DNA of 59,255 nt from Flavobacteriales bacterium (lineage in GTDB: Bacteria > Bacteroidota > Bacteroidia > Palsa-965). The position numbers were made by a program, and so were the translations under genes. The stretch lies in the NCBI GenBank assembly GCA_040377305.1, contig JBEIPA010000032.1:1-59255 (forward strand), read 5' to 3'. The notes below the pieces were generated by a model. It had not been told where the DNA came from and did not search any database. It saw only the letters and a program-made list of their open reading frames with translations. This document shows, one piece after another, positions 40,081-49,702 of the stretch. Numbering within the stretch: the first letter of the stretch is position 1; each line of letters starts with the position of its first letter.

Positions 40081-41511
40081 ATGGCTAAGCAAAGAACAAT
40101 TGAAAAATCAGTATCAGTAACAGGAGTTGGACTTCACACCGGAAAGAAATGTACGCTGACATTTCATCCTGCTGAAGACAACCACGGTTTCAAATTTCGT
40201 CGCGTTGACATGGATGGTAAACCGGTTGTTGATGCTGACATAGACAACGTAGTCGACACCGCGCGCGGAACCACTCTTGAACAGAATGGCGCCCGTGTCT
40301 ACACCACAGAGCATGTACTTGCAGCCGTAGTTGGGTGCAATCTCGATAACATCATGATTGACCTTGACGCACCGGAAGTTCCGATTATGGACGGAAGCTC
40401 ATGGCCATTCATTCTTGCGCTGGAAGAAGCCGGCTCGGTTGAACAATCAACTGAACGTTATGTTTTTCAATTAACAGAAAACCTCACGTTCGAAGACCCG
40501 ATTAAGAAAGTTGAAATGCTTGCTGTTCCACAAGACACGTATCGTGTGACTGTGATGGTTGATTACAACTCGGAACTTCTCGGAACTCAACATGCATCGA
40601 TGTACAGCATCGGTGAATTCAGAACTGAAATTTCAAAGTGCAGAACATTTGTGTTCCTTCACGAACTTGAAGCGTTGTTGCAACACGATCTGATCAAAGG
40701 CGGTGATCTCGATAACGCAATCGTATTGGTAGACAAACCGATTGCTCAGGACAAAATGGATCACCTGCGCAAGGTGTTCAACAAACCGGATGTGGAAGTG
40801 AAAGGTCGCGGTGTTCTCAACAACACGCAACTGCATTTTTTCAATGAACCGGCGCGTCACAAATTGCTCGACATTGTTGGTGACCTTGCACTCGTGGGTG
40901 CACACATGAACATTCACGTTCTTGCGGCACGCCCTGGTCATGCGGGTAACGTTGCATTCGCGAAGAAACTGAAAGCTCTTGTAAAAGCAGATCGTTCGAA
41001 GAAAGTAGCTGAAGTAAACTTCGATCCGCAAGCACCTGCAATTTTTGATGTACGTGAGATCATGAACATCCTGCCGCATCGTCAGCCATTCCTGTTCGTA
41101 GATAAAATCATTGAGCTTACACCGACTTACGTTGTTGGTGTGAAGAATATCACCATGAGTGAATTCTGGACACAAGGACATTTTCCGGATGAACCAATTT
41201 TCCCGGGCGTACTTCAGGTTGAAGCTATGGCTCAAACCGGAGGCATTCTTTGTCTGAAAACAGTTCCTGATCCGGAAAATTATCAAACGTACTTTTTGAA
41301 AATTGAAAGTGTGAAGTTCAAAATGAAAGTTGTGCCGGGCGACACCTGCGTTTTCAAATTAGAACTCCTCACTCCTATTCGTCGCGGATTGTGTCACATG
41401 AAAGGCACGACATACGTGAACAATAAAATTGCTTCTGAAGCGGAAATGCTTGCGCAAATCGTAAAAGTGCGTGGTATCGAGCAGAAGAAAACAGAACCTG
41501 CCAGTGTATGA
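40081..41511 (+). CDS. lpxC-fabZ: Bifunctional LpxC/FabZ
   Basis: GVGLHTG, TTEHVLAA, HKLLDIVGD (LpxC); LPHRQPFLFVD, GHFP, PGVLQVEAMAQ (FabZ). Confidence 0.96.
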   Translation: MAKQRTIEKSVSVTGVGLHTGKKCTLTFHPAEDNHGFKFRRVDMDGKPVVDADIDNVVDTARGTTLEQNGARVYTTEHVLAAVVGCNLDNIMIDLDAPEVPIMDGSSWPFILALEEAGSVEQSTERYVFQLTENLTFEDPIKKVEMLAVPQDTYRVTVMVDYNSELLGTQHASMYSIGEFRTEISKCRTFVFLHELEALLQHDLIKGGDLDNAIVLVDKPIAQDKMDHLRKVFNKPDVEVKGRGVLNNTQLHFFNEPARHKLLDIVGDLALVGAHMNIHVLAARPGHAGNVAFAKKLKALVKADRSKKVAEVNFDPQAPAIFDVREIMNILPHRQPFLFVDKIIELTPTYVVGVKNITMSEFWTQGHFPDEPIFPGVLQVEAMAQTGGILCLKTVPDPENYQTYFLKIESVKFKMKVVPGDTCVFKLELLTPIRRGLCHMKGTTYVNNKIASEAEMLAQIVKVRGIEQKKTEPASV

Positions 41512-42284
41512 TTTCTCCGCTCGCCTCTATTGACCCCAAAGCAAAAATCGGGAACAACGTAACAGTTTCTCCATTCGCTTTCATCGAAGGTGATGTTGTG
41601 ATTGGTGATGACACATGGATTGGTCCCAATGCGGTGATCATGAACGGTGCGCGTATCGGAAAGAATTGCAAAATATTTCCCGGAGCTGTAATTAGCGCCA
41701 TTCCGCAGGATTTGAAATTTGACGGTGAAGAAACCACCACTGAGGTCGGAGATAATACAATCATTCGCGAGTGTGTTACACTGAATCGCGGCACAAAGGA
41801 CAAGTGGAAAACTGCGGTGGGAAACAATTGCCTGCTGATGGCCTATGTACACGTTGCGCACGACAGCATCATTGGCAATAATGTGATTCTTGCTAACTCC
41901 GTGAATATTGCAGGTCACGTTGTGATTGAAGATTGGGTAATTCTCGAAGGCTATGTAGGAGTATCGCAGTTCGTTCACATCGGAGCACATGCGTTTATAG
42001 CCGGACAGTGCGGCGCACGCAAAAATGTTCCGCCATTTGTGAAGGCCGCACGCGAACCGCTTTCTTATGTTGGTGTAAACACCGTTGGAATGCGTCGTAG
42101 GGGATTTACCAACGAAGCCATTCAACACGTTGAAGATATTTACCGCACGCTTTATGTGAAGGGTCTGAATGTTTCGAATGCACTTGACGTAATTGCGAAA
42201 GAAGCACCAGACACAGCGGAGAAAAATCACATTCTGGAATTTATCCGTGGTTCGAAAGACGGTATTATCCGCGGAATGGTCTAA
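41508..42284 (+). CDS. lpxA: Acyl-ACP--UDP-N-acetylglucosamine O-acyltransferase
   Basis: PQDLKF, IRECVTLNRGT, HVAHD, GMRRRGF. Confidence 0.96.
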   Translation: MISPLASIDPKAKIGNNVTVSPFAFIEGDVVIGDDTWIGPNAVIMNGARIGKNCKIFPGAVISAIPQDLKFDGEETTTEVGDNTIIRECVTLNRGTKDKWKTAVGNNCLLMAYVHVAHDSIIGNNVILANSVNIAGHVVIEDWVILEGYVGVSQFVHIGAHAFIAGQCGARKNVPPFVKAAREPLSYVGVNTVGMRRRGFTNEAIQHVEDIYRTLYVKGLNVSNALDVIAKEAPDTAEKNHILEFIRGSKDGIIRGMV

Positions 42285-42394
42285 AACCGCAGGGACGCGA
42301 AGACGGATCAACGCACAAGTAAATTATTTCCGGAAACGTTAAACCTGAGAATTCCAGTTACGTCTTACGTTCGCAAACCCAGAACGTATAACCC

Positions 42395-44689
42395 ATGCAG
42401 TACCTATACCTCCTCGCATTCCTGCTTTTTCCTGCTTCAACTTTCGCGCAAACTACCGGCAATCTCTACTATCTATCGAGCACAACCGGCGCAGCGTGTT
42501 ATGAAATTGAATACCACAACAACCGTATTTACGCCGGAGCCGGAAATACACTCATGGTGTACAACCTCGATATCAACGGAACTCCCGACAGTGTCATTTA
42601 TGAGGAGCGACTTCCTTCCACAATCGTCGACATCAAATTCCGCGGAAACATCATGGTCCTTGCCGTAAATCACGCTGGACTATACACATATAACGTATCC
42701 AGCGGACTTCCGGTTTTCGCAGATCGTTTTCAACCTGCCTCAAACGATGAAGCTGCATACGACATTGCTTTCAAAGGAAGCGACACCGTTTTTGTTGCCT
42801 ACAAATCGAAAATGGCGCGCTTCACCGTTAACGTCAACGGAGGAATAAGTTTCGTGGATGTATTCGCGCAGCAGGTTGCAGGCACTTACGTCATGGGATG
42901 TGATGTAAAAAACAATCTCCTCGCTTTTGCTACGGGCGCGTTTGATGCCACTGTTGCAGGCAATGCGCGCACAGGAGTTCATCTGTGCGATGCAGTAACA
43001 CCCACAACGGAATATGGCTTTCATCAGCAGGACACATGTGATCCGCACGACGTAATTTTCGGACAGAACACCAATCTGCTTCACGTCATGGGCGGAACGG
43101 AGTCGTGGGTAAATACGAATGCTATCGGAATTTACTACGCACTGAATGTTTCGAATCCATCTGCACCAACGCTTGCGTATCACGACATACTCCCATACAA
43201 TTTCTTCTTTAACATTGCCCAGCCGATGAATGGAGAACTTCGCAACGACACACTTTTCATTGCAACAGAAGCCGCTTGGGATACGGCGCAATCTATACAG
43301 CTTTACGGACACGTCTATGTTTACGACGCTACTAATAATAACGTAGTTTACATCAACGAACTCTATGCCGGACTCTGGCATTTCGATCTTACTTTGAACG
43401 GTAACCGTATGTACGTGGCATCGGAGTGGTACGGAATCAAAACGATTGACATTAGCGACGTAATGAACGAAGTTGATCTCGGAAACACGCTCACAGGAGG
43501 ATGGAACATGTCGAGCGACGTAGCAGGAAATCGTCTTGCTGTTGCAAACGAAGGATATGGATTCAAATGGTACGATTTTACCAATCCACTGAATCCACAA
43601 TATATCGGCTCTAAAAACGATACCGGCTTCTGCATGGGAATCAGTTTCTCAGATGATGCGTCTCTGCTATATGGCTGGTATTACACCGTCGATGATTTCC
43701 GTGTGTTTGACACTACGTTGAATTTTACGGTGGTTGGTTCACTCCCATTGGTTGCAATTGCGGAGTATCGCGATCCGTATGTGTACAACGATATTGCAAT
43801 TGCAGAGCAGATCATCCCGGGATTACCACCTACTCATTATTTTGTTGCCGTTGATGCAAGTAATCCAGCAGCGCCAGTTCAAGACACCACAATTCTGATT
43901 GGCAATGCCTTCATTGCGCGCGACATTTGCTTGAGTGATAGTTTCCTCTTCGCTGTTACCACTGGACAAATCAAAGTATACAACATCGAGAATAATTATA
44001 CCATGGTGTCTTCTACCAATGCACCTGCGTTTCAAACATTCGAGTGTGCGGCCATCCGCAACGACACCCTTTATGTTTACGTTGGCGGGTTGAATCCGAA
44101 TGGAATCAGAAAGCATTTTTTCAACGGAACAACGCTTACCTATGTCAGCGGAAATACAGCGTTAACCGGTGTTGGTATACCAAAGTTTCTCGCAGTGGAT
44201 TCGTTTGCGCTCTATGCTTCTTATCAGGAAGATGGATTGTATGCTTACAACAAAAACACACTCGCTCAAGAAGGACATTACCGCAATAGCATGGAATACT
44301 ATCGTCCTGACAATTGGGGACAACAGCAATTGTTTTGCGAAGACGGATATATTTTCAATGTGGAATATCAGGGACAAACTTCTGTGCTTACTATGAACAG
44401 CACGTTGACTCATGAACCGACTGTATCCAGCCAACCCGATGCAGGGGCACTTCTTCCGTTTCCAAATCCTATACAACAAGGAAATGTGTTGACTATTGCA
44501 AACCCATTGTGGACTACCCAAGGAGTTTGCGAAGTTTACAATGCACAAGGACAAGTTATATTACGTCGGGATTTGAATGGTGAATCTTCTGTGATGATCA
44601 GCACAACCGAAATGCCATCGGGAGTTTACCTTGTGACGTTTACTAATAGACTATTCGATACGTATACCGGAAAGTTCATTGTAGAGTAG
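42395..44689 (+). CDS. Secreted beta-propeller protein (LVIVD-like repeats) with T9SS type-A CTD
   Basis: Signal peptide; 'YVA...GIKTIDIS', 'LNVSNPSAP', 'VDASNPAAP' repeats; C-terminal 'FPNP...YNAQGQ...SGVYLV'. Confidence 0.8.
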   Translation: MQYLYLLAFLLFPASTFAQTTGNLYYLSSTTGAACYEIEYHNNRIYAGAGNTLMVYNLDINGTPDSVIYEERLPSTIVDIKFRGNIMVLAVNHAGLYTYNVSSGLPVFADRFQPASNDEAAYDIAFKGSDTVFVAYKSKMARFTVNVNGGISFVDVFAQQVAGTYVMGCDVKNNLLAFATGAFDATVAGNARTGVHLCDAVTPTTEYGFHQQDTCDPHDVIFGQNTNLLHVMGGTESWVNTNAIGIYYALNVSNPSAPTLAYHDILPYNFFFNIAQPMNGELRNDTLFIATEAAWDTAQSIQLYGHVYVYDATNNNVVYINELYAGLWHFDLTLNGNRMYVASEWYGIKTIDISDVMNEVDLGNTLTGGWNMSSDVAGNRLAVANEGYGFKWYDFTNPLNPQYIGSKNDTGFCMGISFSDDASLLYGWYYTVDDFRVFDTTLNFTVVGSLPLVAIAEYRDPYVYNDIAIAEQIIPGLPPTHYFVAVDASNPAAPVQDTTILIGNAFIARDICLSDSFLFAVTTGQIKVYNIENNYTMVSSTNAPAFQTFECAAIRNDTLYVYVGGLNPNGIRKHFFNGTTLTYVSGNTALTGVGIPKFLAVDSFALYASYQEDGLYAYNKNTLAQEGHYRNSMEYYRPDNWGQQQLFCEDGYIFNVEYQGQTSVLTMNSTLTHEPTVSSQPDAGALLPFPNPIQQGNVLTIANPLWTTQGVCEVYNAQGQVILRRDLNGESSVMISTTEMPSGVYLVTFTNRLFDTYTGKFIVE

Positions 44690-45172
44690 TTAAGAATGTT
44701 CCTGAATCAAAAACTCCAGATCGAAATAGTATTTTGACTTATCGGTTTTGTCGATGTACAAAATGGTTTCGTTCTGAAAATCCAGCTTGAAGAGCAAGGT
44801 AATTTGGTCTATTAATACCACTGGACTCACGTAATCATAGTGCACCAGCCCTTCGGTAATTCTGAATATGATCTGCGATTGATTCACATTCACTTGCTTC
44901 GTATTCGAAGAGCCATCGCCATACAGACTATCCAGTGCCTGCACGCGCCAGCTTCCTGATTTGAGTATGGGTTCCGAATGTGAATTGCTAACCACTTTGC
45001 ATTCGCGCAAGGGAACTTTCACCTGATTGGCATTCAACTTAAATTCTTCGAGTTCTTTCCTTAGCTTATTCGGATTAACGAATGCTTTCGTCCCGTTCAC
45101 TTTCGACGCAATCAGATATGCAATAGTCAACATGACTAAGATGAAAACAAGAGCGCAAAGGAAGAGTAACAT
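44690..45172 (-). CDS. Hypothetical membrane-anchored protein
   Basis: 160-aa ORF with N-terminal TM helix, abutting neighbours; no recognisable motif. Confidence 0.65.
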   Translation of the reverse strand: MLLFLCALVFILVMLTIAYLIASKVNGTKAFVNPNKLRKELEEFKLNANQVKVPLRECKVVSNSHSEPILKSGSWRVQALDSLYGDGSSNTKQVNVNQSQIIFRITEGLVHYDYVSPVVLIDQITLLFKLDFQNETILYIDKTDKSKYYFDLEFLIQEHS

Positions 45173-45173
45173 A

Positions 45174-45641
45174 TTACTGTCTCACAAAAAAGTTCCGGTG
45201 ATAATAAGTCCTTCCGTTTGCATCGTGCACATCATCGAAAGGATATTCATCCACGATCAACGTATCAACAGCGCGATCGAACAAATCCATGCTCATCTCT
45301 TTCTTCTCTTTATTATCTCCGCGTAAACGGATTGCAAACCAGGTAGGGGAAATTGCTTCGAAACGTTTGATCACAATGCGATCCTTCGTGGACTCTTCAT
45401 CCTGCCAGCGATACATAATTCCTTTATCAAGAAATTGTAGTTTGTATTTTTTTGGAAAACTATCGGCTTCGATCACTGCCTCAAGATTTGCCTGGGTGAA
45501 AATATTCGGATCGACATATTCTTCCGTGTAAATCCACTTCCATTCTCCCACGAGAATTTCTTTCTCGTCTTCGAGTTTGGTGCGACAACCCAATAGAATT
45601 CCGCAAGCAATCACAAAAAGGAAAGGGCCGGAAGTTTTCAT
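45174..45641 (-). CDS. Hypothetical lipoprotein (lipocalin-like start)
   Basis: 'ILLG-C' lipobox followed by 'LVGEWKW'. Confidence 0.7.
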   Translation of the reverse strand: MKTSGPFLFVIACGILLGCRTKLEDEKEILVGEWKWIYTEEYVDPNIFTQANLEAVIEADSFPKKYKLQFLDKGIMYRWQDEESTKDRIVIKRFEAISPTWFAIRLRGDNKEKKEMSMDLFDRAVDTLIVDEYPFDDVHDANGRTYYHRNFFVRQ

Positions 45642-45710
45642 CGGTTATTATTCCAAATAAATATAGCAAATAGTATACGAGTGGTAGCTTCTCTCAAAGA
45701 ACTCCCAACA

Positions 45711-45735
45711 AACCGAGCACCGAGAACTGAGAACT
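45711..45735. repeat. 7-mer tandem tract (AACYGAG)
   Basis: AACCGAG CACCGAG AACTGAG AACT upstream of a TAACTTCG -7-like box. Confidence 0.6.
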
Positions 45736-45751
45736 TGTAACTTCGTCTTCA

Positions 45752-46372
45752 ATGAAAATCACCCTCACCGGCATAGGAAAGAAATACGGTCGCGAATGGA
45801 TCTTCCGCAACGTTAATCACACGTTCGCAGATGGAAGCGCAACAGTAATTATGGGTTCTAACGGTTCCGGAAAATCGACATTGCTGCAAGTCGTTTCCGG
45901 CTACATCATTCCGAATGAAGGCACATTGGAAGTTGCGAACGGAAGCATAGTTGAGAGCGAAAAAATACACAAGTGTTTTGCATTTGCATCTCCTTATATC
46001 GAGCTGATGGAAGAGTTCACATTTCGCGAATGTGTAGAATTTCAGCAGCGGTTTCGGGGGTGGCAAAGCGGCCTCGATGCCAACACGGTGATTGAACTTA
46101 GCGGGCTCCATCATGCCAGTGACAAGCAGATTCGCAATTACTCATCGGGCATGAAACAGCGGGCGAAACTTGCTTTGGCCATTCTATCAAATTCCCCATT
46201 TTTGTTGCTGGACGAACCCTGTTCGAACCTCGACAAGCAGGCACAGGATTGGTATGCTACATTAATCACCGATTTTCGCGAAAACCGCGGGGTTATTGTG
46301 TGTTCTAATGCCGTAAAAGAGGAGCATTTTTTCTGCGATTCCGCGCTCGATATCACGCAATTTAAGAGCTAA
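45752..46372 (+). CDS. ABC transporter ATP-binding protein
   Basis: GSNGSGKST, YSSGMKQR, LLDEP; H-loop His appears replaced (VCSN). Confidence 0.88.
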   Translation: MKITLTGIGKKYGREWIFRNVNHTFADGSATVIMGSNGSGKSTLLQVVSGYIIPNEGTLEVANGSIVESEKIHKCFAFASPYIELMEEFTFRECVEFQQRFRGWQSGLDANTVIELSGLHHASDKQIRNYSSGMKQRAKLALAILSNSPFLLLDEPCSNLDKQAQDWYATLITDFRENRGVIVCSNAVKEEHFFCDSALDITQFKS

Positions 46373-46388
46373 AAACGGCTCCATTTGC

Positions 46389-46427
46389 TATATTTGCCGC
46401 CTGCTGAGACAAAACGTTTCGTCTCAG
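46389..46427 (+). promoter_or_regulatory. efp promoter -7 box and 5'-leader hairpin
   Basis: TATATTTG 46389-46396, then CTGAGAC-N10-GTCTCAG (46404-46427). Confidence 0.6.
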
Positions 46428-46467
46428 TCCCTTTTAAACAAAGTCAAATCGATTAATACCCAATACA

Positions 46468-47031
46468 ATGGCAGATACAGGCGACGTAAGCATCGGAACA
46501 TTCCTCAAGTACAACGGAGAACTTGTTCAGGTTGTTGAATGGCAACACCGCACACCAGGAAACCTGCGTGCATTTTATCAAGGCAAAATGAGAAACCTGC
46601 TCAACAACAAAATTGTTGAGAACCGTTTCCGTTCAGGAGAAGGTGTGGAAATTGTCTGGGTGGAATATAAAAACCTGCAATTCATCTATCCGGAAGACAC
46701 GAACATCGTGCTGATGGATAAAGACACGTTCGAGCAAACATACATTCCTAAAGTGATGGTTTCAAACGGGCTCGAATTCCTGAAAGAAGGAATGGACGTA
46801 AAAGTTTGGTTCGAAAGCGAACAGCCTATTTCTGCGGAAGCTCCTGCAACGGTTGAGTTGCTTATCACTTATACTGAACCAGGACTCAAAGGAGATACTG
46901 CAACAAACACTTTGAAACCAGCGAAAGTGGAAACAGGTGCGGAAGTTCGCGTGCCTCTTTTCATTAGCGAAGGCGACAAGATTAAGATTGATACAAAGAC
47001 CGGTGCTTATATGGAGCGCGTGAAGCAATAA
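46468..47031 (+). CDS. efp: Elongation factor P (PGN tip variant)
   Basis: HRTPGNLRAF loop, TEPGLKGDTA, KPAKVETG, VPLFI, Y-ER. Confidence 0.95.
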   Translation: MADTGDVSIGTFLKYNGELVQVVEWQHRTPGNLRAFYQGKMRNLLNNKIVENRFRSGEGVEIVWVEYKNLQFIYPEDTNIVLMDKDTFEQTYIPKVMVSNGLEFLKEGMDVKVWFESEQPISAEAPATVELLITYTEPGLKGDTATNTLKPAKVETGAEVRVPLFISEGDKIKIDTKTGAYMERVKQ

Positions 47032-47153
47032 TTCCGAGATTTCGGATTCCGTATTTCGTGATTCCAAGAACATATATTATTTAAACAAAGATGCCGTTGT
47101 AAACTCAACGGCATCTTTGTTTTCGGAATTTCGAAATTCGCAATCTCGGAATT
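47030..47153. repeat. Inverted ~7-mer tracts bracketing the efp terminator
   Basis: AATTCCGAGATTTCGGATTCCGTATTTCGTGATTCC versus GGAATTTCGAAATTCGCAATCTCGGAATT; outermost 11 bp are a perfect inverted pair. Confidence 0.82.
47083..47123 (+). terminator. efp terminator
   Basis: AAACAAAGATGCCGTTG-loop-CAACGGCATCTTTGTTT. Confidence 0.88.
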
Positions 47154-47260
47154 CTACAAGTTCGATGGATTCCTGGAGTTTAAAATAACTGCTCGCCTTC
47201 CCACCCATAAGGCTTCTCCCTGAGCACCGATAATTCGTACTTTTACGCAAACATTTTACC

Positions 47261-48199
47261 GTGAAAATTCCCGCACACAAGCTCTCCGAAATCGCTGCAC
47301 TGATCAATGCAAAATTTATCGGCGATCCGAATCATGAGGTAACAGGATTGAATGAAGTTCACCGTGTTGAAGCGGGCGATCTCATGTTTGTAGATCATCC
47401 AAAATACTACGACAAAGCATTGCAAAGTGCGGCAACAACAATTCTCATCAACAAAGATGTTGAGTGTCCGGCAGGAAAAGGATTGATTGTTTCTGATGAT
47501 CCGTTCCGCGATTTCAATAAGCTGATCATTCATTTCGAACTGAAAGGACATTCATTGGTTCCGATCAGTGATGACGCTAAAATCGGGAAGGACACGGTAA
47601 TATATCCCAACGTTTACATTGGACGTGACGTGAAGATTGGCGACAACTGCGTAATCAAAGCAGGGGCGTTTATTGGCGATCATACAGAAATCGGAAACAA
47701 CGTGATCATTCACCCAAATGTAGTTTTGGGAGGTGAAGCGTTCTACTACAAACGTCGTGAAGGGTATTTCGACAAGCTTTTGACTTGCGGAAGAGTGATC
47801 ATCAAGGATGATGTTGAGATTGGCGCTGGCTGCACACTCGATCGCGGTGTAACTGCAGATACAATCATCGGTAAAGGAACCAAGCTTGACAATCTTTGTC
47901 ATATCGGTCACGACACGGTCGTTGGTGAAATGTGTTTGTTCGCAGCAGGAGTTGCAATCGCCGGTGTAACAACCGTTGAAGACAGAGTGACTTTGTGGGG
48001 GCGCGTTTCGGTAACAAGTGATGTTGTTATTGGAAAAGGTTGCGTGGTACTTGCCACTTCAGGTGTTTCGAAATCGCTCGAGGCCGGAAAAACATATTTC
48101 GGTGCGCCTGCGGAAGAAGCGCGAGGCAAATGGAGAGAGCTTGCAGCGATCAGACAGCTGCCCGACTTCATGGCGGCCAATCACAAAAAGAACGAGTAA
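47261..48199 (+). CDS. lpxD: Second LpxD-like acyltransferase
   Basis: Hexapeptide repeats; 'EAFYYKRR', 'LDRGVTADT', 'KLDNLCHIGHD'; the paralogue usually found after efp in Bacteroidota. Confidence 0.82.
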   Translation: MKIPAHKLSEIAALINAKFIGDPNHEVTGLNEVHRVEAGDLMFVDHPKYYDKALQSAATTILINKDVECPAGKGLIVSDDPFRDFNKLIIHFELKGHSLVPISDDAKIGKDTVIYPNVYIGRDVKIGDNCVIKAGAFIGDHTEIGNNVIIHPNVVLGGEAFYYKRREGYFDKLLTCGRVIIKDDVEIGAGCTLDRGVTADTIIGKGTKLDNLCHIGHDTVVGEMCLFAAGVAIAGVTTVEDRVTLWGRVSVTSDVVIGKGCVVLATSGVSKSLEAGKTYFGAPAEEARGKWRELAAIRQLPDFMAANHKKNE

Positions 48200-48278
48200 T
48201 TGGTGCGTTGATCGTGAATAGACTACTCTTGGTCTAAACATAAAATAGCCGCTAGAATTAATAGTTATCTTAGTAGAG

Positions 48279-49508
48279 ATGGCTAAGTCACACGAAGCGA
48301 GACAACGTGCACCAAGGTTGAAGGATTTCAAGCTGAATGCTTTGCTTGACATTACGAAAGCCATCAACAACAACCAACCGGTTTCTGAGCTTCTTACTGT
48401 ATTCGAAGAAATAGTTCGGGTAAAACTCAACATCGGCAAACTGGTTTTGTTCAGTCACGATGGTGTGAGCTGGCAACGCTTGTTAAGTTTCGGTGATGAT
48501 GCACATTTCGCAGCCATTGTTCCCGAACGCGACTTCGCCGGAATCTCTGAAATCACAACGATCGATTTTTCTCAGAAGTCCTTGCACCGTTCTTTCGAAA
48601 TCATCATTCCTGTTTTTCATAAATCAAATGCACTCGCGTATGTTCTCATCGGCGATCTGAATGAAGATGAAAACGGAATGAGTGCTGCGATTAAACATTT
48701 GCCTTTTGTACAAACGCTCACGAACATTATGATCGTAGCGATTGAAAATAAAAAGCTCTTCCGTGAAAATCTGAAACGCGCTGCGATGCACCGTGAGCTG
48801 GAGCTTGCATGGGAAGTGCAACGTATGTTGTTCCCGGAGAAGCTTCCGCACAATGAATATCTCGACATGGATGCGTTGTACCTGCCTCACCAATCTGTTG
48901 GCGGAGATTACTACGACTTCATTCAGCTCAACGAAAACGAAGTTGCATTTTGCGTAGCCGATGTTTCCGGAAAGGGTGTTCCTGCTGCGTTGCTGATGTC
49001 GAACTTTCAGGCGAGCTTGCAGATATTACTACGGCACATCAGTGATCTTTCTGAACTTGTGCATGAACTGAATGCGAAAGTTATACGCAACAGCAAAGGC
49101 GAAAAATTCATCACGCTCTTCATTGCGAAATACAATACGGTTACACGTGTACTCAATTACATCAACGCAGGGCATAATCCACCTTTGATTGTGGACCACG
49201 ATGGAACGAATCTTCTCACCGTTGGTTGCACCGGATTGGGTATGTTCGACCAGCTTGAACGTGTGCGTGAAGGAATTGTGAACGTCCGCGCTGGTGCACT
49301 TCTCATTTGCTATACAGACGGATTGGTTGAACAATCGAACGATCAGGAAGAGGAATTCGGCATGGACCGTTTGCAACAACTCGTTCGTAGTTCGCGTGAA
49401 AAAACTCCAACCGAAATCAACCACATGCTTTTGCAGGAACTCAATAAGCACAAGGGAGATCGGGCGTATGTGGATGACATTGCCTTGATCACAGCCCGGA
49501 TTAAATAG
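48279..49508 (+). CDS. SpoIIE/RsbU-family PP2C phosphatase with N-terminal GAF-like domain
   Basis: VGGDYYD, ADVSGKGVPAALLM, INAGHNPP, YTDGLVE, DDIAL. Confidence 0.9.
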   Translation: MAKSHEARQRAPRLKDFKLNALLDITKAINNNQPVSELLTVFEEIVRVKLNIGKLVLFSHDGVSWQRLLSFGDDAHFAAIVPERDFAGISEITTIDFSQKSLHRSFEIIIPVFHKSNALAYVLIGDLNEDENGMSAAIKHLPFVQTLTNIMIVAIENKKLFRENLKRAAMHRELELAWEVQRMLFPEKLPHNEYLDMDALYLPHQSVGGDYYDFIQLNENEVAFCVADVSGKGVPAALLMSNFQASLQILLRHISDLSELVHELNAKVIRNSKGEKFITLFIAKYNTVTRVLNYINAGHNPPLIVDHDGTNLLTVGCTGLGMFDQLERVREGIVNVRAGALLICYTDGLVEQSNDQEEEFGMDRLQQLVRSSREKTPTEINHMLLQELNKHKGDRAYVDDIALITARIK

Positions 49509-49700
49509 GAAAGCGGATTTCTACGTCCAATACCTACTCGTCTTTCCGTCGGATCACTTGGGTAAATTGAAAATTTCGGTATTCGATCTTATGAGATACA
49601 TTTAAGTTTATCTCATTCAATCCAATTCATACTTTGAAAATTCAATTGGATCATCCGAAGGAAACGTTAAGCAAACAACGGATATAAAAATCCGTGTTCC
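49508..49700. repeat. ~193-bp nested palindromic intergenic element, copy B (inverted relative to A)
   Basis: GGAAAGCGGAT...ATCCGTGTTCC; TCGGATCA...TCATCCGA; ATGAGATA-CATTTAAGTT-TATCTCAT. Its reverse complement aligns without gaps to copy A across the left arm and centre. Confidence 0.92.
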
Positions 49701-49702
49701 AT

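Noticed and set aside
42285-42325. Second duplicated gene tail after lpxA
   Set aside because: Similarity is limited to a few bases (AAGACGG) and the translation does not match.
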